Positions 18,898 to 28,756 of a stretch of 64,000 nucleotides of DNA are shown here, piece by piece. The stretch lies in IMG/VR virus record IMGVR_UViG_3300046713_000279, one strand, 5' to 3'. How positions within the stretch are numbered: the first letter of the stretch is position 1; every line of letters starts with the position of its first letter. The notes below the pieces were generated by a model. That model was not told the origin of the DNA. It did not search any database and worked only from the letters and a program-made list of their open reading frames with translations. The translations under genes were made by a program, and so were the position numbers. The DNA is from an uncultured virus (IMG/VR IMGVR_UViG_3300046713_000279). Taxonomy: Duplodnaviria > Heunggongvirae > Uroviricota > Caudoviricetes.

Positions 18898-19255
18898 CCG
18901 ATGACGACCTCCCACGCCCGATTCCGGGCTCGGCTCGTGTGATCCGCGAGAACGGCCACATGATCACTATGGGAGAGCCTCGAGCACGCCACGGCATACG
19001 CCGACGGGCGGCGCCCAAAAGGCTTTATCGTGACCGGGCGGCGCTGGAGGCCCAGGGGATGTCGTTCCGGGAGCCATGATGCAGAGGTTCCTGCACGAAC
19101 TGGCGGCGCGTCACGGGGTCACGGCCGAGGATCTGATCGAGGCGTGGAATGAGCGCGCGGCCATCCGTGAGCACCTCGCAGGGTTCACCAGACGCGCGGC
19201 CGAGGTGTTCGCGGTCGGGGACCCTGGCGCTGTTCGACGCCCCATCATCCGGCGC

Positions 19256-19292
19256 TTGACTCAGGTGATACTAAATCCTAATTTAGTATCAC
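19256..19292 (+). promoter_or_regulatory. Sigma70-like promoter overlapped by a perfect 12-bp inverted repeat
   Basis: TTGACT at 19256, 17-bp spacer, TAATTT at 19279; GTGATACTAAAT-ccta-ATTTAGTATCAC at 19265-19292; AAGGAG RBS at about 19318. Confidence 0.7.
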
Positions 19293-19330
19293 GGTTCCTG
19301 CATAACCACGTGAGTTCAAGGAGTTAGAGC

Positions 19331-19642
19331 ATGTCCAAGAGGTTCGTTCTGGAGTTCTCCGTCGATGCGTATGGTCGTACGGTCGACGGGCCGATCTTTC
19401 CCGAGGCCAGGAGGTTCCGGGTCCTCGTCGCCGAGCAGGTCCGGGCGTACCTGGAGACGCCGGATGACTTCGGTGGTCTCCAGTGGTCGCAATTGGTGCT
19501 CGTCGACGGCGATCCGCTGAGCGCGAGCGGCATCATCGCCCTGGCCATGCGGGGCTACATCAACGCCGAGCACCGGATCTTCGAGCGGCTTCCCAACGGG
19601 GACGAGATCATCAAGCTCGGCACCATCAAGAGGGAGGCGTAG
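19331..19642 (+). CDS. Hypothetical protein
   Basis: AAGGAG RBS; lies downstream of the promoter. Confidence 0.65.
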   Translation: MSKRFVLEFSVDAYGRTVDGPIFPEARRFRVLVAEQVRAYLETPDDFGGLQWSQLVLVDGDPLSASGIIALAMRGYINAEHRIFERLPNGDEIIKLGTIKREA

Positions 19643-19645
19643 GCC

Positions 19646-20233
19646 ATGATCAACAGGGTCCATTTCGAGTACCGCCAGGAGGGCCATGCGCGCCGGGTGA
19701 TCGCCGCGCCAGCGCTGCGCCCCGTCCCCGCCTTTGAGAGGTTCGACGTCGGCGACGGTCGCTGGCACCAGGACGCGCTCCAGCACATCCCGCCTGATCT
19801 GCTCATGGCGATCGGCCACCTGCTGTCGGGCACGACCAACGCCGTGGTCGAGGACGACAGGCTGACGATCTTCCTCGGTGATATCCCGGTCACGCGCGCA
19901 TCAGGGCGAGGCGTCGACCCCAAGCAAGCCGCAACCGCTGTCGGTCAGGCCGTCTCGCGCACCCGGATCCTCCGGGTGGGTGCCACCTTGCCAGTGGAGC
20001 TAGAGGAGGACGAAGCGGGGGTGATCGAGGCGGCCATCCGCGACAAGTTCATGCCCGAGCGGATGAAAGGGTTCCCGCAGCCAGCATCGCGACTGCTCGA
20101 GAAGATGCATCGCGTCCTGGACAAGTTCCGCGACAAGCGGATCGCGGACGAGGAGTTGGCGGCATCGCTCACCGACGAGGAGCGCGAGATCATCCGCGCC
20201 CGGCGCGCCAACACGGACAGGATGGAGAGGTAG
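19646..20233 (+). CDS. Hypothetical protein
   Basis: GGAGG RBS; 195 aa. Confidence 0.6.
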   Translation: MINRVHFEYRQEGHARRVIAAPALRPVPAFERFDVGDGRWHQDALQHIPPDLLMAIGHLLSGTTNAVVEDDRLTIFLGDIPVTRASGRGVDPKQAATAVGQAVSRTRILRVGATLPVELEEDEAGVIEAAIRDKFMPERMKGFPQPASRLLEKMHRVLDKFRDKRIADEELAASLTDEEREIIRARRANTDRMER

Positions 20234-20412
20234 ACCATGGAGCGACTCACCGAAGGACGCTGGAAGGCGATCGTTGCCCTGAGCGCGATCCCGGCTCGCC
20301 ACGCTGGGTCCGGCTGCAACTGCAACGAGTGCCTCCGCGCCGAGGCCTTGCCCGAGTTGATCGCGGAGATCGAGCAGTTGCGGAACCTGGTCGGCAGAAG
20401 CTGGCGGCCGGC

Positions 20413-20559
20413 ATGACCAACCGCGAGATCGCGGAGCACCTGGAGATCAGCATCAAGACCGTCGATACCCATCGCGGCCATGTCCTGAAGAAGCTCGGGT
20501 TGCGCAACAACTCCGAGCTCACCCGGTTCGCGGTCAAGCACGGCTACACGGCGCTCTAG
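20413..20559 (+). CDS. Stand-alone LuxR-type HTH
   Basis: MTNREIAEHLEISIKTVDTHRGHVLKKLGLRNNSELTRFA. Confidence 0.85.
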   Translation: MTNREIAEHLEISIKTVDTHRGHVLKKLGLRNNSELTRFAVKHGYTAL

Positions 20560-20567
20560 GAGGCACC

Positions 20568-21533
20568 ATGTCCAAGATCGATGTGAACACAATCACCCTC
20601 GCCGAATGGCGGGCGAAGGCTGCGGAGTTGTTCGGCCCCTGCAATCTGGACTGGCGGTTCATCTGCCCGTCGTGCGGCCATGTTGCCAGCGTCCAGGATT
20701 GGGAAGATGCCGACGCACCGGCGACTGCCGCGGCGTTCTCGTGCGTCGGGCGATGGAGCGGCGCCGCCCGGGAAGCGTTCGGCAAGGGCGATGGCCCGTG
20801 CAATTACGCCGGCGGTGGGCTGTTCCGGCTGAACCCCGTCGCCGTCGTGGACCCCGACGGGCACGTGATGCACGTGTTCGCGTTCGCCGAACCCGGCATC
20901 CGGCCCCGCACGCGGTGGCGCATGATCGACCAGTACAACGAGGACCGCACCGGCTGGGCGCGGTTCTCGGACGACATGACGATGCGGTACCACCTCGGCC
21001 GGCTGGTCAGCGCCCGCGCCAGTGGACTCGGTGGCGAGGTTGTCTGGCGCGAGGTTGTCTGGCAGGCACTACAGTCCGGATCGCCCGCGCCGTACGGTCT
21101 CGAGATTGCCTGCTTCCTGCTACTCAATCCAAGTGACGCGACCGCGTTCAAGCCGGACCCGACTGTCACCGAGTGCGTGAAGTTCACACGCCGCTGGGGG
21201 CACGACATCACATGGGTGGTCAACCAGCACGCGTTCCGCTCGCCGTATCCGACCGACCTGAAGAAGCGGGCATGCGGAGCGCGCGGCGACGACGCGGTCA
21301 ACGCCGGAGCCATCCTGCAGGCGTGTCGGCATGCCGGCATCGTGATCGCGGGCTGGGGGAACGACGGAACGCTCGACCGTCGGGACGTCGCTGTCCGACG
21401 GCTACTCGCCGAGCAGGGCGTCAAGCTGCACCACCTTGGCATGACCATCTTCGACAATCCGAAGCACCCGCTTGCGCGCGGCAAGCACCGCATCCCGGCT
21501 GACCAGCAGCCCATTCCATGGAGCACAACATGA
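20568..21533 (+). CDS. Fusion of VVA0879-like and DUF1643 domains
   Basis: N-terminal WRFICPSCGH..FSCVGRW..CNYAGGGLF; C-terminal LLNPSDA..DPTV..AGWG..PKHPL. Confidence 0.7.
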   Translation: MSKIDVNTITLAEWRAKAAELFGPCNLDWRFICPSCGHVASVQDWEDADAPATAAAFSCVGRWSGAAREAFGKGDGPCNYAGGGLFRLNPVAVVDPDGHVMHVFAFAEPGIRPRTRWRMIDQYNEDRTGWARFSDDMTMRYHLGRLVSARASGLGGEVVWREVVWQALQSGSPAPYGLEIACFLLLNPSDATAFKPDPTVTECVKFTRRWGHDITWVVNQHAFRSPYPTDLKKRACGARGDDAVNAGAILQACRHAGIVIAGWGNDGTLDRRDVAVRRLLAEQGVKLHHLGMTIFDNPKHPLARGKHRIPADQQPIPWSTT

Positions 21534-22154
21534 ACCGCCTCCTGCTCACCGCCATCCTGGCCGTTCTCTTGTGGTGCGGCATCGAGCTTCACGACCTCAA
21601 CCACGCACGGCGCCGTGAGGGGACGGCGAGTCCCAGGACGAGCGGCACCACAGTGTTCTACTACGTGCCGGACGGCACGTGCATCACCGTGCCGAACCCA
21701 GAAGGAGATCAGGAACGCCATGCCCAGTGAACTCGGCCAAGAACCGAATACGGACGCGGATCTCATCGTGAGCGCGATCGACCGGATGGGCGACAAGATC
21801 GTCGCCTACTACATGAAGTCCGTCGACCTCATGGAGCGGATATACGCGGACCAGTTGCGCACGTCAGCGCCCACGGTCAACGTCGTCGAGGAGCAACAGG
21901 AACCGGACCACCTACCACGTGGGCGGTCTCCTGTGCAACGAGGGGCACTCCCCCGGCGGCGTTGTGTCGATCACGGCGAACCGACATCCGCTCATGGCAG
22001 ACGTCGCCATTGTCGTCGGTTCACCCAGCGCTACCCCACTACCCGACGCCACCCTGTCCAAGATCGACGGCTGGGCCATGAGCGTGGAGACGGCCAGGCA
22101 ACTGGTTGCCACTATCCAGGCTGCCATCCGTGACGTCGAGGAGGGAGACCGAAC

Positions 22155-22409
22155 ATGAAGAACTGGTACTGGTTCGACACGGCATACGCCACGCTCCTCG
22201 TCATAGCTGGGATAGCAGCCATCGTGTTCATTGTGTATGGCATCAGCGACTGCTCAGCTCAGCAGCGATGCGAGGATCTCGGCGGCCGGGTCGAAAAGTA
22301 CGAATGCCAAACGGTGTGGGTCACCACATCGTGTGGGTCCGATTGCATTATCACCTTGCCGACCGGGACGTGCAAGTGGCGCTGCGTTGGACCACCGACC
22401 GAGCGCTGA
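22155..22409 (+). CDS. Small TM protein with Cys-rich domain
   Basis: N-terminal TM followed by 7 Cys. Confidence 0.55.
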   Translation: MKNWYWFDTAYATLLVIAGIAAIVFIVYGISDCSAQQRCEDLGGRVEKYECQTVWVTTSCGSDCIITLPTGTCKWRCVGPPTER

Positions 22410-22444
22410 TGACGTACACTCCGTGACGAAAAAGGAGAACCGAG

Positions 22445-23647
22445 ATGGGACACCAAGACGACAAGATTGAAGAGCTCGAGCGAGAGCTCGCCCGCGCCCG
22501 CCATCTACTGCGCTGCATCGGCGACACGATGGGCATAGAGTTCGAGCCACCCACGACCAATTCGGAGGTGATACAGGAGCATCATCGGTTCCTGGAAGCG
22601 TTCGCCCCGATGTTTAAGGCGTATCGGACGCAGAATCCGACCCCTGCGAAGTCGAACCCTAGGCCAGCCGCGCCGGGCTCCTGGGACACCCACGACGAGG
22701 AGGTCGACGCGCAGATCGACCGCCTGGAGGCGCAGGGGCTCACCCAGGCGCGCGAACCGGGCGCTGGCACGGTGTCCGTGGGGAACAGCCCCGAGTTAAG
22801 GCTGACCCACTCTCCGACCGGCCATCAACACGGGGTCACGTCCGACATCATCCTCAATGAACAGATCCAGGCGATCGCTCACGAGCTCGGCCTGAACATG
22901 GACGAGATGCCGCTCTCTGAGGCGCTTTCCGCCATTCTCGAGGAGATCGTCCGCGTCAAGAACCAGGGCGCCGACGTCGAGGCCGAGTCCGGCAGCAAGT
23001 TCCTGTCCGCCGGCAAGTCCCTGGGCCAGGCGATCGCCCATGACCACGCCCAGGCGGCTGAGCTCCGGGACGGCGTCGCCCAGGCGCGCACCATCGTCGC
23101 CCGACTTGCGGCTGTCATGCAGATCGGAACGTGGGACAAGGATGGCACCGAGCTCCTGGAGAGGGCCCAGAGGTGGGAGGGGTGGAAGTATCATCTCATG
23201 CAGCGGGTCAAGGCGCTGAGGAGTGCCCCAGAGCATAAGGCGAACGCCCTGGAGCGAGGTACCTACGAGGCGGTCGCCGTCGAGCTCCAGCGGCAACTCG
23301 ACCGCCTGCTATCCCCGAAGGAACTGCAGAACTGGCTCAAGGCCCTCGAGAAGGCCGGCGCAGCGGTGAAGGTGGACGCCGGTCCGCCGGTGCCGCCCTA
23401 CCCGTTCGAGTTCCGGCCCAGCGATGGTGGAGTGATCGGCCGCGCCATCGACGAAAGCCTGAGTCTGGACCCGGACCCGCCGGCCCCCGCGCTCCGTGAG
23501 CGCCTCATCGAGATGAGCAAGGTGTTCGATGGCATCGGCAATTCCCAGGTGTCCGCCGAGGAGTTCGCCCGCACCATGAACCTGGTCATCCTGCCCATCC
23601 TGGCGCGCCAGCGAGCCGCCCAGAAGGTTCCAGGCGATGAAGGCTAA
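22445..23647 (+). CDS. Helical hypothetical protein
   Basis: AAGGAG RBS; 400 aa. Confidence 0.65.
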   Translation: MGHQDDKIEELERELARARHLLRCIGDTMGIEFEPPTTNSEVIQEHHRFLEAFAPMFKAYRTQNPTPAKSNPRPAAPGSWDTHDEEVDAQIDRLEAQGLTQAREPGAGTVSVGNSPELRLTHSPTGHQHGVTSDIILNEQIQAIAHELGLNMDEMPLSEALSAILEEIVRVKNQGADVEAESGSKFLSAGKSLGQAIAHDHAQAAELRDGVAQARTIVARLAAVMQIGTWDKDGTELLERAQRWEGWKYHLMQRVKALRSAPEHKANALERGTYEAVAVELQRQLDRLLSPKELQNWLKALEKAGAAVKVDAGPPVPPYPFEFRPSDGGVIGRAIDESLSLDPDPPAPALRERLIEMSKVFDGIGNSQVSAEEFARTMNLVILPILARQRAAQKVPGDEG

Positions 23648-24146
23648 GTTCACGCGCAGGTCCGAGGGTCAACTGGGCATCCTATTCGAGCCGGAAACCT
23701 TCGACGAGCAACTCCTGCTCGAGATCTTCACGCGGAATTCCTGCTCCGGTGAGTTCCGGTTCTCGTCATGGGAGCACAACCAAGCTCGGACCTTGCGCGA
23801 GGGACTGACGGCGTGCTGGGGCGAGATCGTTGCCCAGAGGGTGCCCGAGGATGCCAGCCGCCCCGCCGAGTAACGGCCTCCCGGTGCCGCGGATGTCCGC
23901 CACCCTCGTGTTCGACGGCGAGGGCCCGGGCTGTTTCGTGATCGGCCATCAGGATCCAACTGCGCGAAAGCCCAAGGTCGAGCGTCGCCGGTGCCACTGT
24001 ACGACCTGCGGCATGCCGGGACACAACAGCCGCAGTCCCAAGTGTCCCGGCAGGGTCGCGGATGGATCCTCTTAGCGTTCCACTGTCAACTCCCTCTTGA
24101 CGGATCGATGTCCTGCATGCAACGTGAGCATCAAGGAGATCTCGCG

Positions 24147-24509
24147 ATGCTGACCAGCCATGACCTCAACCACCTACGGACCCTCGCCGCCTCGGTGAAC
24201 CAGCCACAGCCCAGCGCGGCAATGCTGGGCGCGAAGGGCGCTGCCAGCGCGCTCTCAGGCGTCGTTCGGCTGGTGGCCACCAGGCACGGCCTGGGCGTCA
24301 TGCAGCGCTCCTGCGCGAAGCTGGCGCTCCTGGGCACGCCTGTGGGGCCGGCGCCCGGCGAAGCGACTGGAGAGGCCACCGAGCTCTTGGCGGCGGCAGC
24401 AGACGGGCTGGCTGCGGTCGCGGGCCGGGACAACGCGCGCGCCGCCCTGGCGTTCTGGGCCTGCGAGAGCGACCCCGCGGTGTGGCGGGACGTCGCGGCG
24501 GCCGCCTGA
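24147..24509 (+). CDS. Ala-rich hypothetical protein
   Basis: AAGGAG RBS. Confidence 0.5.
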   Translation: MLTSHDLNHLRTLAASVNQPQPSAAMLGAKGAASALSGVVRLVATRHGLGVMQRSCAKLALLGTPVGPAPGEATGEATELLAAAADGLAAVAGRDNARAALAFWACESDPAVWRDVAAAA

Positions 24510-24890
24510 TGCGCGTCACGTGCGGCGCCTGTCGCGCTGAAGAGGACGCCGCCACGCTACGCGGTAGCCCCGAAGGGTTCCGGCTCACCCTCAAGGAACC
24601 CTGGAGGACCAGGAACGCCAAGATCATGGGTGGCGTGTCCGGAGCCATGGTGACCCTGTGCTCCGACGCCTGCGAGCAGCGCTACGGCAAGGCGGTCGGC
24701 TTCTTCGACCGGTCGTAGTTCGGGACACGCTCGGATCGCGCCCGGGTGAACGGCGTGGAAAGGCCCCTCTTACCGCCCGCGTCGCCTGCAGGACTCAGCG
24801 GGATGACGGTCTCCGAGGGCTCACGGGTCTGCTTCACTTGCTCTGCTACCCGCTCAGCCGAGGGCTCGGACGTTGCCCTATTGGGCCAGG

Positions 24891-24963
24891 TTGCGAGCGG
24901 CAGGACTTGCACCTGCGACCTTCGGGTTATGAGCCCGACGAGCTGCTACTGCTCCACGCCGCA
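24891..24963 (-). tRNA. tRNA-Met(CAT), initiator-like, degenerate
   Basis: Reverse strand reads TGCGGCGTGGAGCAGTAGCAGCTCGTCGGGCTCATAACCCGAAGGTCGCAGGTGCAAGTCCTGCCGCTCGCAA; the anticodon arm TCGGG-CTCATAA-CCCGA is that of tRNA-fMet. Confidence 0.85.
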
Positions 24964-25011
24964 TCATGAGTGATCGCCTACTACCGGGGCGCCGGTTCGG
25001 TTCGTCTCCTT

Positions 25012-25398
25012 TCAGTCGTGCAGCTTGACGTAGATCTCGAGGCTCGGCGTCGCCGTCGCTCCGTGGGTGTTCGTGATGGTGATCGTGAAGTCGGCTGCGG
25101 TCGTTCCGGTCTTGACGGTGGCCGTCGGGATGGCGGTCGCCGTGCCGACCGCCGCTGGCTGGCTGCTCACGTCGATGGCGTCCTGGAACGACACCAGACC
25201 CGGGACGTTGCTGAACTCGTACACCTGCGGCTGGAACGACACGGGCAGGATGATCGCGCCCACGGGCGGCGCCACCGCACCGTGGAGAACGATGACGCCC
25301 GAGGCGCCGGCCGCCAGCGACAGGCCGTTCTCGCCGGGGGAGATCCGCACGATGCGGTCAGAGATCTGCTTGACGATCGCGGATCCGGTGAATGCCAT
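25012..25398 (-). CDS. Beta-rich putative virion protein (LEIYV family, minimal member)
   Basis: Paralogous to 53316-54341 and 54387-54824. Confidence 0.7.
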   Translation of the reverse strand: MAFTGSAIVKQISDRIVRISPGENGLSLAAGASGVIVLHGAVAPPVGAIILPVSFQPQVYEFSNVPGLVSFQDAIDVSSQPAAVGTATAIPTATVKTGTTAADFTITITNTHGATATPSLEIYVKLHD

Positions 25399-25520
25399 GG
25401 GATGACCGTACTACCCATGGCAGAGGAGTTCAAGTATGCTCGCTCTCGCATCCCTGCCTACCGAGGATGCCCAAGACCGTAGACCCGGGTCCCGCGAGGG
25501 CTGCAACCGGCTTGGGGCGC

Positions 25521-26345
25521 CTAGCCCGTTCGGTCCTGCTCCGCCTGCCGCTTGGCATGCTCGACATCCGCATCGCTGGGCCCGCCGCCCAGGTCACCGG
25601 CGAGGTCTGGGAGCTCGGCGTCCGTGATGGCATCATCGGCCAGCGCCTCGCCGTCCTCGAGCGTGGCGACCTTGAGCGGCGACGGCAGGGGCTTGGGCGG
25701 CACCGCCCGCGGCGCGCCCAGCCGGACCACGACCGGCCGGTGAGACACGGTCAGGTCCGGTGGTGGCGGGCCTTGGCGCGGCGGGGTTTGCCGCACGGTG
25801 ACATCCATCGGCACGCGGCGCTTCTGCGCGATGACCTGCGCCACGGCGTCGTCCGCCGCCGATCGCGCCTGGGCGACCGGTGGCGCCAGCGACCGGCACT
25901 CCACGACGTCGTTCTTGTGGACGCGAGCGGGCGGCCTGCGGTCCTGGCCGTTGACCAGGAGTTGGTGGCCGCTGGGGATCTTGGTGATCGTGCCGTCCGC
26001 TGCCAGGGTCGTGGCGGTCATCGCCGAGGCCACCTGGTAGTCGGTGCCGCGGATAGGTTGGGCCGACTCGACACGCTGCGGCGCCGGTTCGGTCGGGACC
26101 GAGAGGTCGTCGGTGACCTCGGCCTCCGGTCTTGGCATCGGCTCGACGATCATCCCCCGGATCTTCTGCGTGAACGTGATGTGGTCGCGCAGCTTGGTGG
26201 CATCGCCGTACGTCAGGCCCTGCCCTTCGCCATCGCCTCGCACGATGGGCGGATCGCCATCGCGATCGCGGACGCGGTACCGGGTGCCGTCCTCGGGCGG
26301 CCGGCGGTTGGTGGGGGTTGCGGACGGAAGCGGGCTTCTGCTCAT
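25521..26345 (-). CDS. Pro-rich hypothetical protein
   Basis: GGAG upstream; 274 aa. Confidence 0.5.
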   Translation of the reverse strand: MSRSPLPSATPTNRRPPEDGTRYRVRDRDGDPPIVRGDGEGQGLTYGDATKLRDHITFTQKIRGMIVEPMPRPEAEVTDDLSVPTEPAPQRVESAQPIRGTDYQVASAMTATTLAADGTITKIPSGHQLLVNGQDRRPPARVHKNDVVECRSLAPPVAQARSAADDAVAQVIAQKRRVPMDVTVRQTPPRQGPPPPDLTVSHRPVVVRLGAPRAVPPKPLPSPLKVATLEDGEALADDAITDAELPDLAGDLGGGPSDADVEHAKRQAEQDRTG

Positions 26346-26445
26346 GGTGGTGGGGACTCCTCTCCCCTGTGAATGCCTTCATGCCACTTTTCGGGCATCG
26401 ACCTTGGCGATGGGCGGGCGGCCATCGTAGGCGACGGGCGAGTTA

Positions 26446-28242
26446 CTAGCGTTGGAAGAGCCTACTACCGCTGCATCCGCCGGTACCGGCGCCAGTCACG
26501 TCATCGCCACCAGGCGTGGTCAGGCCACTGGCCACGTTGATCACGAACGGCGTCTGTAGATCATATTGGTTAAAGGTGGGCACGTTGCCGCGGAAGTCCG
26601 CCCAGGTCCGGGCCGGTAGCGTTCCGACGATCATATCCCCCCCGACACCGCTGATGAGCGTGGCATTGTCGGTCACGCGCACCACCCCGCCATCCTGGAT
26701 GTGAACGCCTGAGCCACCGTTGCCGGTTCCGGTCAGGTTGGTGACGATTGCGTTGTTGGTATTGCCCACTACGTGAAGCCCATCGCCCACACTGTTGGTC
26801 ACCGTGACGTTGAGGATGAAGATCGCCGCGTTGCCAACGCAACGGATCCCATCGCCTGTCGATGTGTCGATGCTGACGTTCTGGATGCCGAAGTTGGGGC
26901 TGGGGATATTCCCGATGAACGAGTCGTTAGACACCGGAGCGCAGCCGATCAGCGCGCAGTCGAAGAGATCCATGATTGGGCCGTCCAGGAACAGCCCAGC
27001 GTTCAGGAAGACGCTCTCGAACGCGGTGAACGACGAACTGGTACACGCAGCCCTAAGGCGGATGGTGGTCGAGTGGAGGGCGATCTGGGCGGCGATCGAT
27101 GCCGAGACGAGGCCGTCGATCACACAGAGCTCGAAGAACGGGTTCGGCGTGTTCTGGACATAGAGCCCAACCACCGCCGGGTTATCGCTGCATTTGAAAT
27201 GGATGCCTTGGAAGTTGATCGACGACACGTTCGAGCATTGGATCGCGCCGGTCGGAAGTGCGGACACTGCCGGCGCTGGCGCCTGAAAGGTGACGGACGG
27301 CTCCACGATCTGCAAGACCTCGCCAGCAGCCAGGACCAGCGCTCCGTTGCCACCGTTGAAACGCGCGGCGGTATTACAGAGGAAGAGGTGCGTGGCGTCC
27401 GAGCCCGCGATGCAGCAGGTCGAGTTCTGGAACCCTACCGCGGTGCGGATGACGTGGCGACCGCGCAGAGCATTGGCCGCCCACGAGGCCCTGGGCGCTG
27501 CGATTGTGAGCGTGGCTAGGCTGGTAGCGGGGTCGGTCGAGATCACCCCGCCATCACCCGCACTGACCACTGCATCGGCCGGCGGAATCCCTGTGAGCAG
27601 TTGCGGCGCTGCACGGATCGTCACCCCGTTGTTCACGAAGTAGTAGGGGAAGGCGGGCGTCTGCACGTAAGCGAACCGGGCCGCAGGCGACGCGATCACC
27701 GGGAACTGGTAGCCCCTGGGCAAGGTCTCGACGCCGATCCCGGTCGGGTCGACGACGTAGTGCACGCCTCCCAGGATGATGTTAGGCACATCCTGGATCG
27801 CTCGAAAGAACGTCCGGTAGGGATTGCCGATCGTACCATCACCCGTGACATCGTTGCCGGTCAGGCGAGCGAAGATGACCACCTCGGCGACCGGCACGGG
27901 GAACGGTCCTGCGCTACCGCTGGGGCTCCCCAGCACGAAGGGCCTGGGTACCATTCCCTGCTGGAACGTGCCGTCATCGGGCCGGAGTCCGAATGAGCGC
28001 GTCACCGGGTGGATTAACTGGCACATGACAAGGCAGTTGCCGCTCGCGCTCCCCGTGTTTTTCAGCGTGATGTTGAGGTTGTCGGTGACCGTCACCTCGA
28101 ACGCATCGTCGAACTGCGGAAGCACGACATCCGGTACCTGGGGCCCGAAGCCACCGACCGCGATGCCGTGCGGCAGGGTCAGCGTCCCTCCGATGGGGAT
28201 CGCTGTGAAGGTGAGCATGCTGTATAGCTTGTCGGTCGCCAT
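26446..28242 (-). CDS. Putative spike/fibre with parallel beta-helix C-terminus (MATDKL family)
   Basis: Shared N-module; GND..GDGT..NPYRT motif; repeated GDG[IL]/GSGV beta-helix-like turns. Confidence 0.7.
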   Translation of the reverse strand: MATDKLYSMLTFTAIPIGGTLTLPHGIAVGGFGPQVPDVVLPQFDDAFEVTVTDNLNITLKNTGSASGNCLVMCQLIHPVTRSFGLRPDDGTFQQGMVPRPFVLGSPSGSAGPFPVPVAEVVIFARLTGNDVTGDGTIGNPYRTFFRAIQDVPNIILGGVHYVVDPTGIGVETLPRGYQFPVIASPAARFAYVQTPAFPYYFVNNGVTIRAAPQLLTGIPPADAVVSAGDGGVISTDPATSLATLTIAAPRASWAANALRGRHVIRTAVGFQNSTCCIAGSDATHLFLCNTAARFNGGNGALVLAAGEVLQIVEPSVTFQAPAPAVSALPTGAIQCSNVSSINFQGIHFKCSDNPAVVGLYVQNTPNPFFELCVIDGLVSASIAAQIALHSTTIRLRAACTSSSFTAFESVFLNAGLFLDGPIMDLFDCALIGCAPVSNDSFIGNIPSPNFGIQNVSIDTSTGDGIRCVGNAAIFILNVTVTNSVGDGLHVVGNTNNAIVTNLTGTGNGGSGVHIQDGGVVRVTDNATLISGVGGDMIVGTLPARTWADFRGNVPTFNQYDLQTPFVINVASGLTTPGGDDVTGAGTGGCSGSRLFQR

Positions 28243-28390
28243 GTTCGACGCTTTCCCCCCGGAAAGAAGGATTCAGTGACAAGCGTACACCTCGGCGCGA
28301 GGCTCATGGAGTGTTTTCGATCGCCAGCGTGTCCGACCATCTTGTGTGCCCAGGCGTCGCGGACGCGCCATGATAGAACGGCAAGAGGGT

Positions 28391-28747
28391 TCAGAGCCCA
28401 GTGCCGATGTTGGCAGCGCCCCGTTTGAAGATCCACTTCCAGATGAAGGTCGCCAGCGGGATCGAGAGCGTAGCGGCGATCTGCAGCCACTTCTGGAGCT
28501 CGGCCTTCTGCAGCGTGGCCACACCCGCCTGGAGTTGTCCCATCACGTTGGCTTGCCACTGTAATGTCGCCGGGTCCGGGAGGGTTGGCACCGACACCAC
28601 TGGGTTGGTCGGGGTTGGGATCGGCGGTGGGGTTGCGTCATCACCCAGCGACCCCAGGCCGAACGGCACACGCGGCCGTCGCATGAGCGGGAACGAGGTC
28701 GACACCCCGGAGAGTGGCCGTCGTGGTTGCTTGAGGAAGTACGACAT
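28391..28747 (-). CDS. C-terminally anchored membrane protein (leader family)
   Basis: GGAGG RBS; MSYFLK...GLGSLGDD; TM WLQIAATLSIPLATFIWKWIFKR. Confidence 0.7.
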   Translation of the reverse strand: MSYFLKQPRRPLSGVSTSFPLMRRPRVPFGLGSLGDDATPPPIPTPTNPVVSVPTLPDPATLQWQANVMGQLQAGVATLQKAELQKWLQIAATLSIPLATFIWKWIFKRGAANIGTGL

Positions 28748-28756
28748 GACCGCCTC

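Noticed and set aside
21034..21063. 15-bp tandem duplication (also a 12-bp one at 60010-60033)
   Set aside because: Isolated in-frame slippage duplications with no sign of a system.
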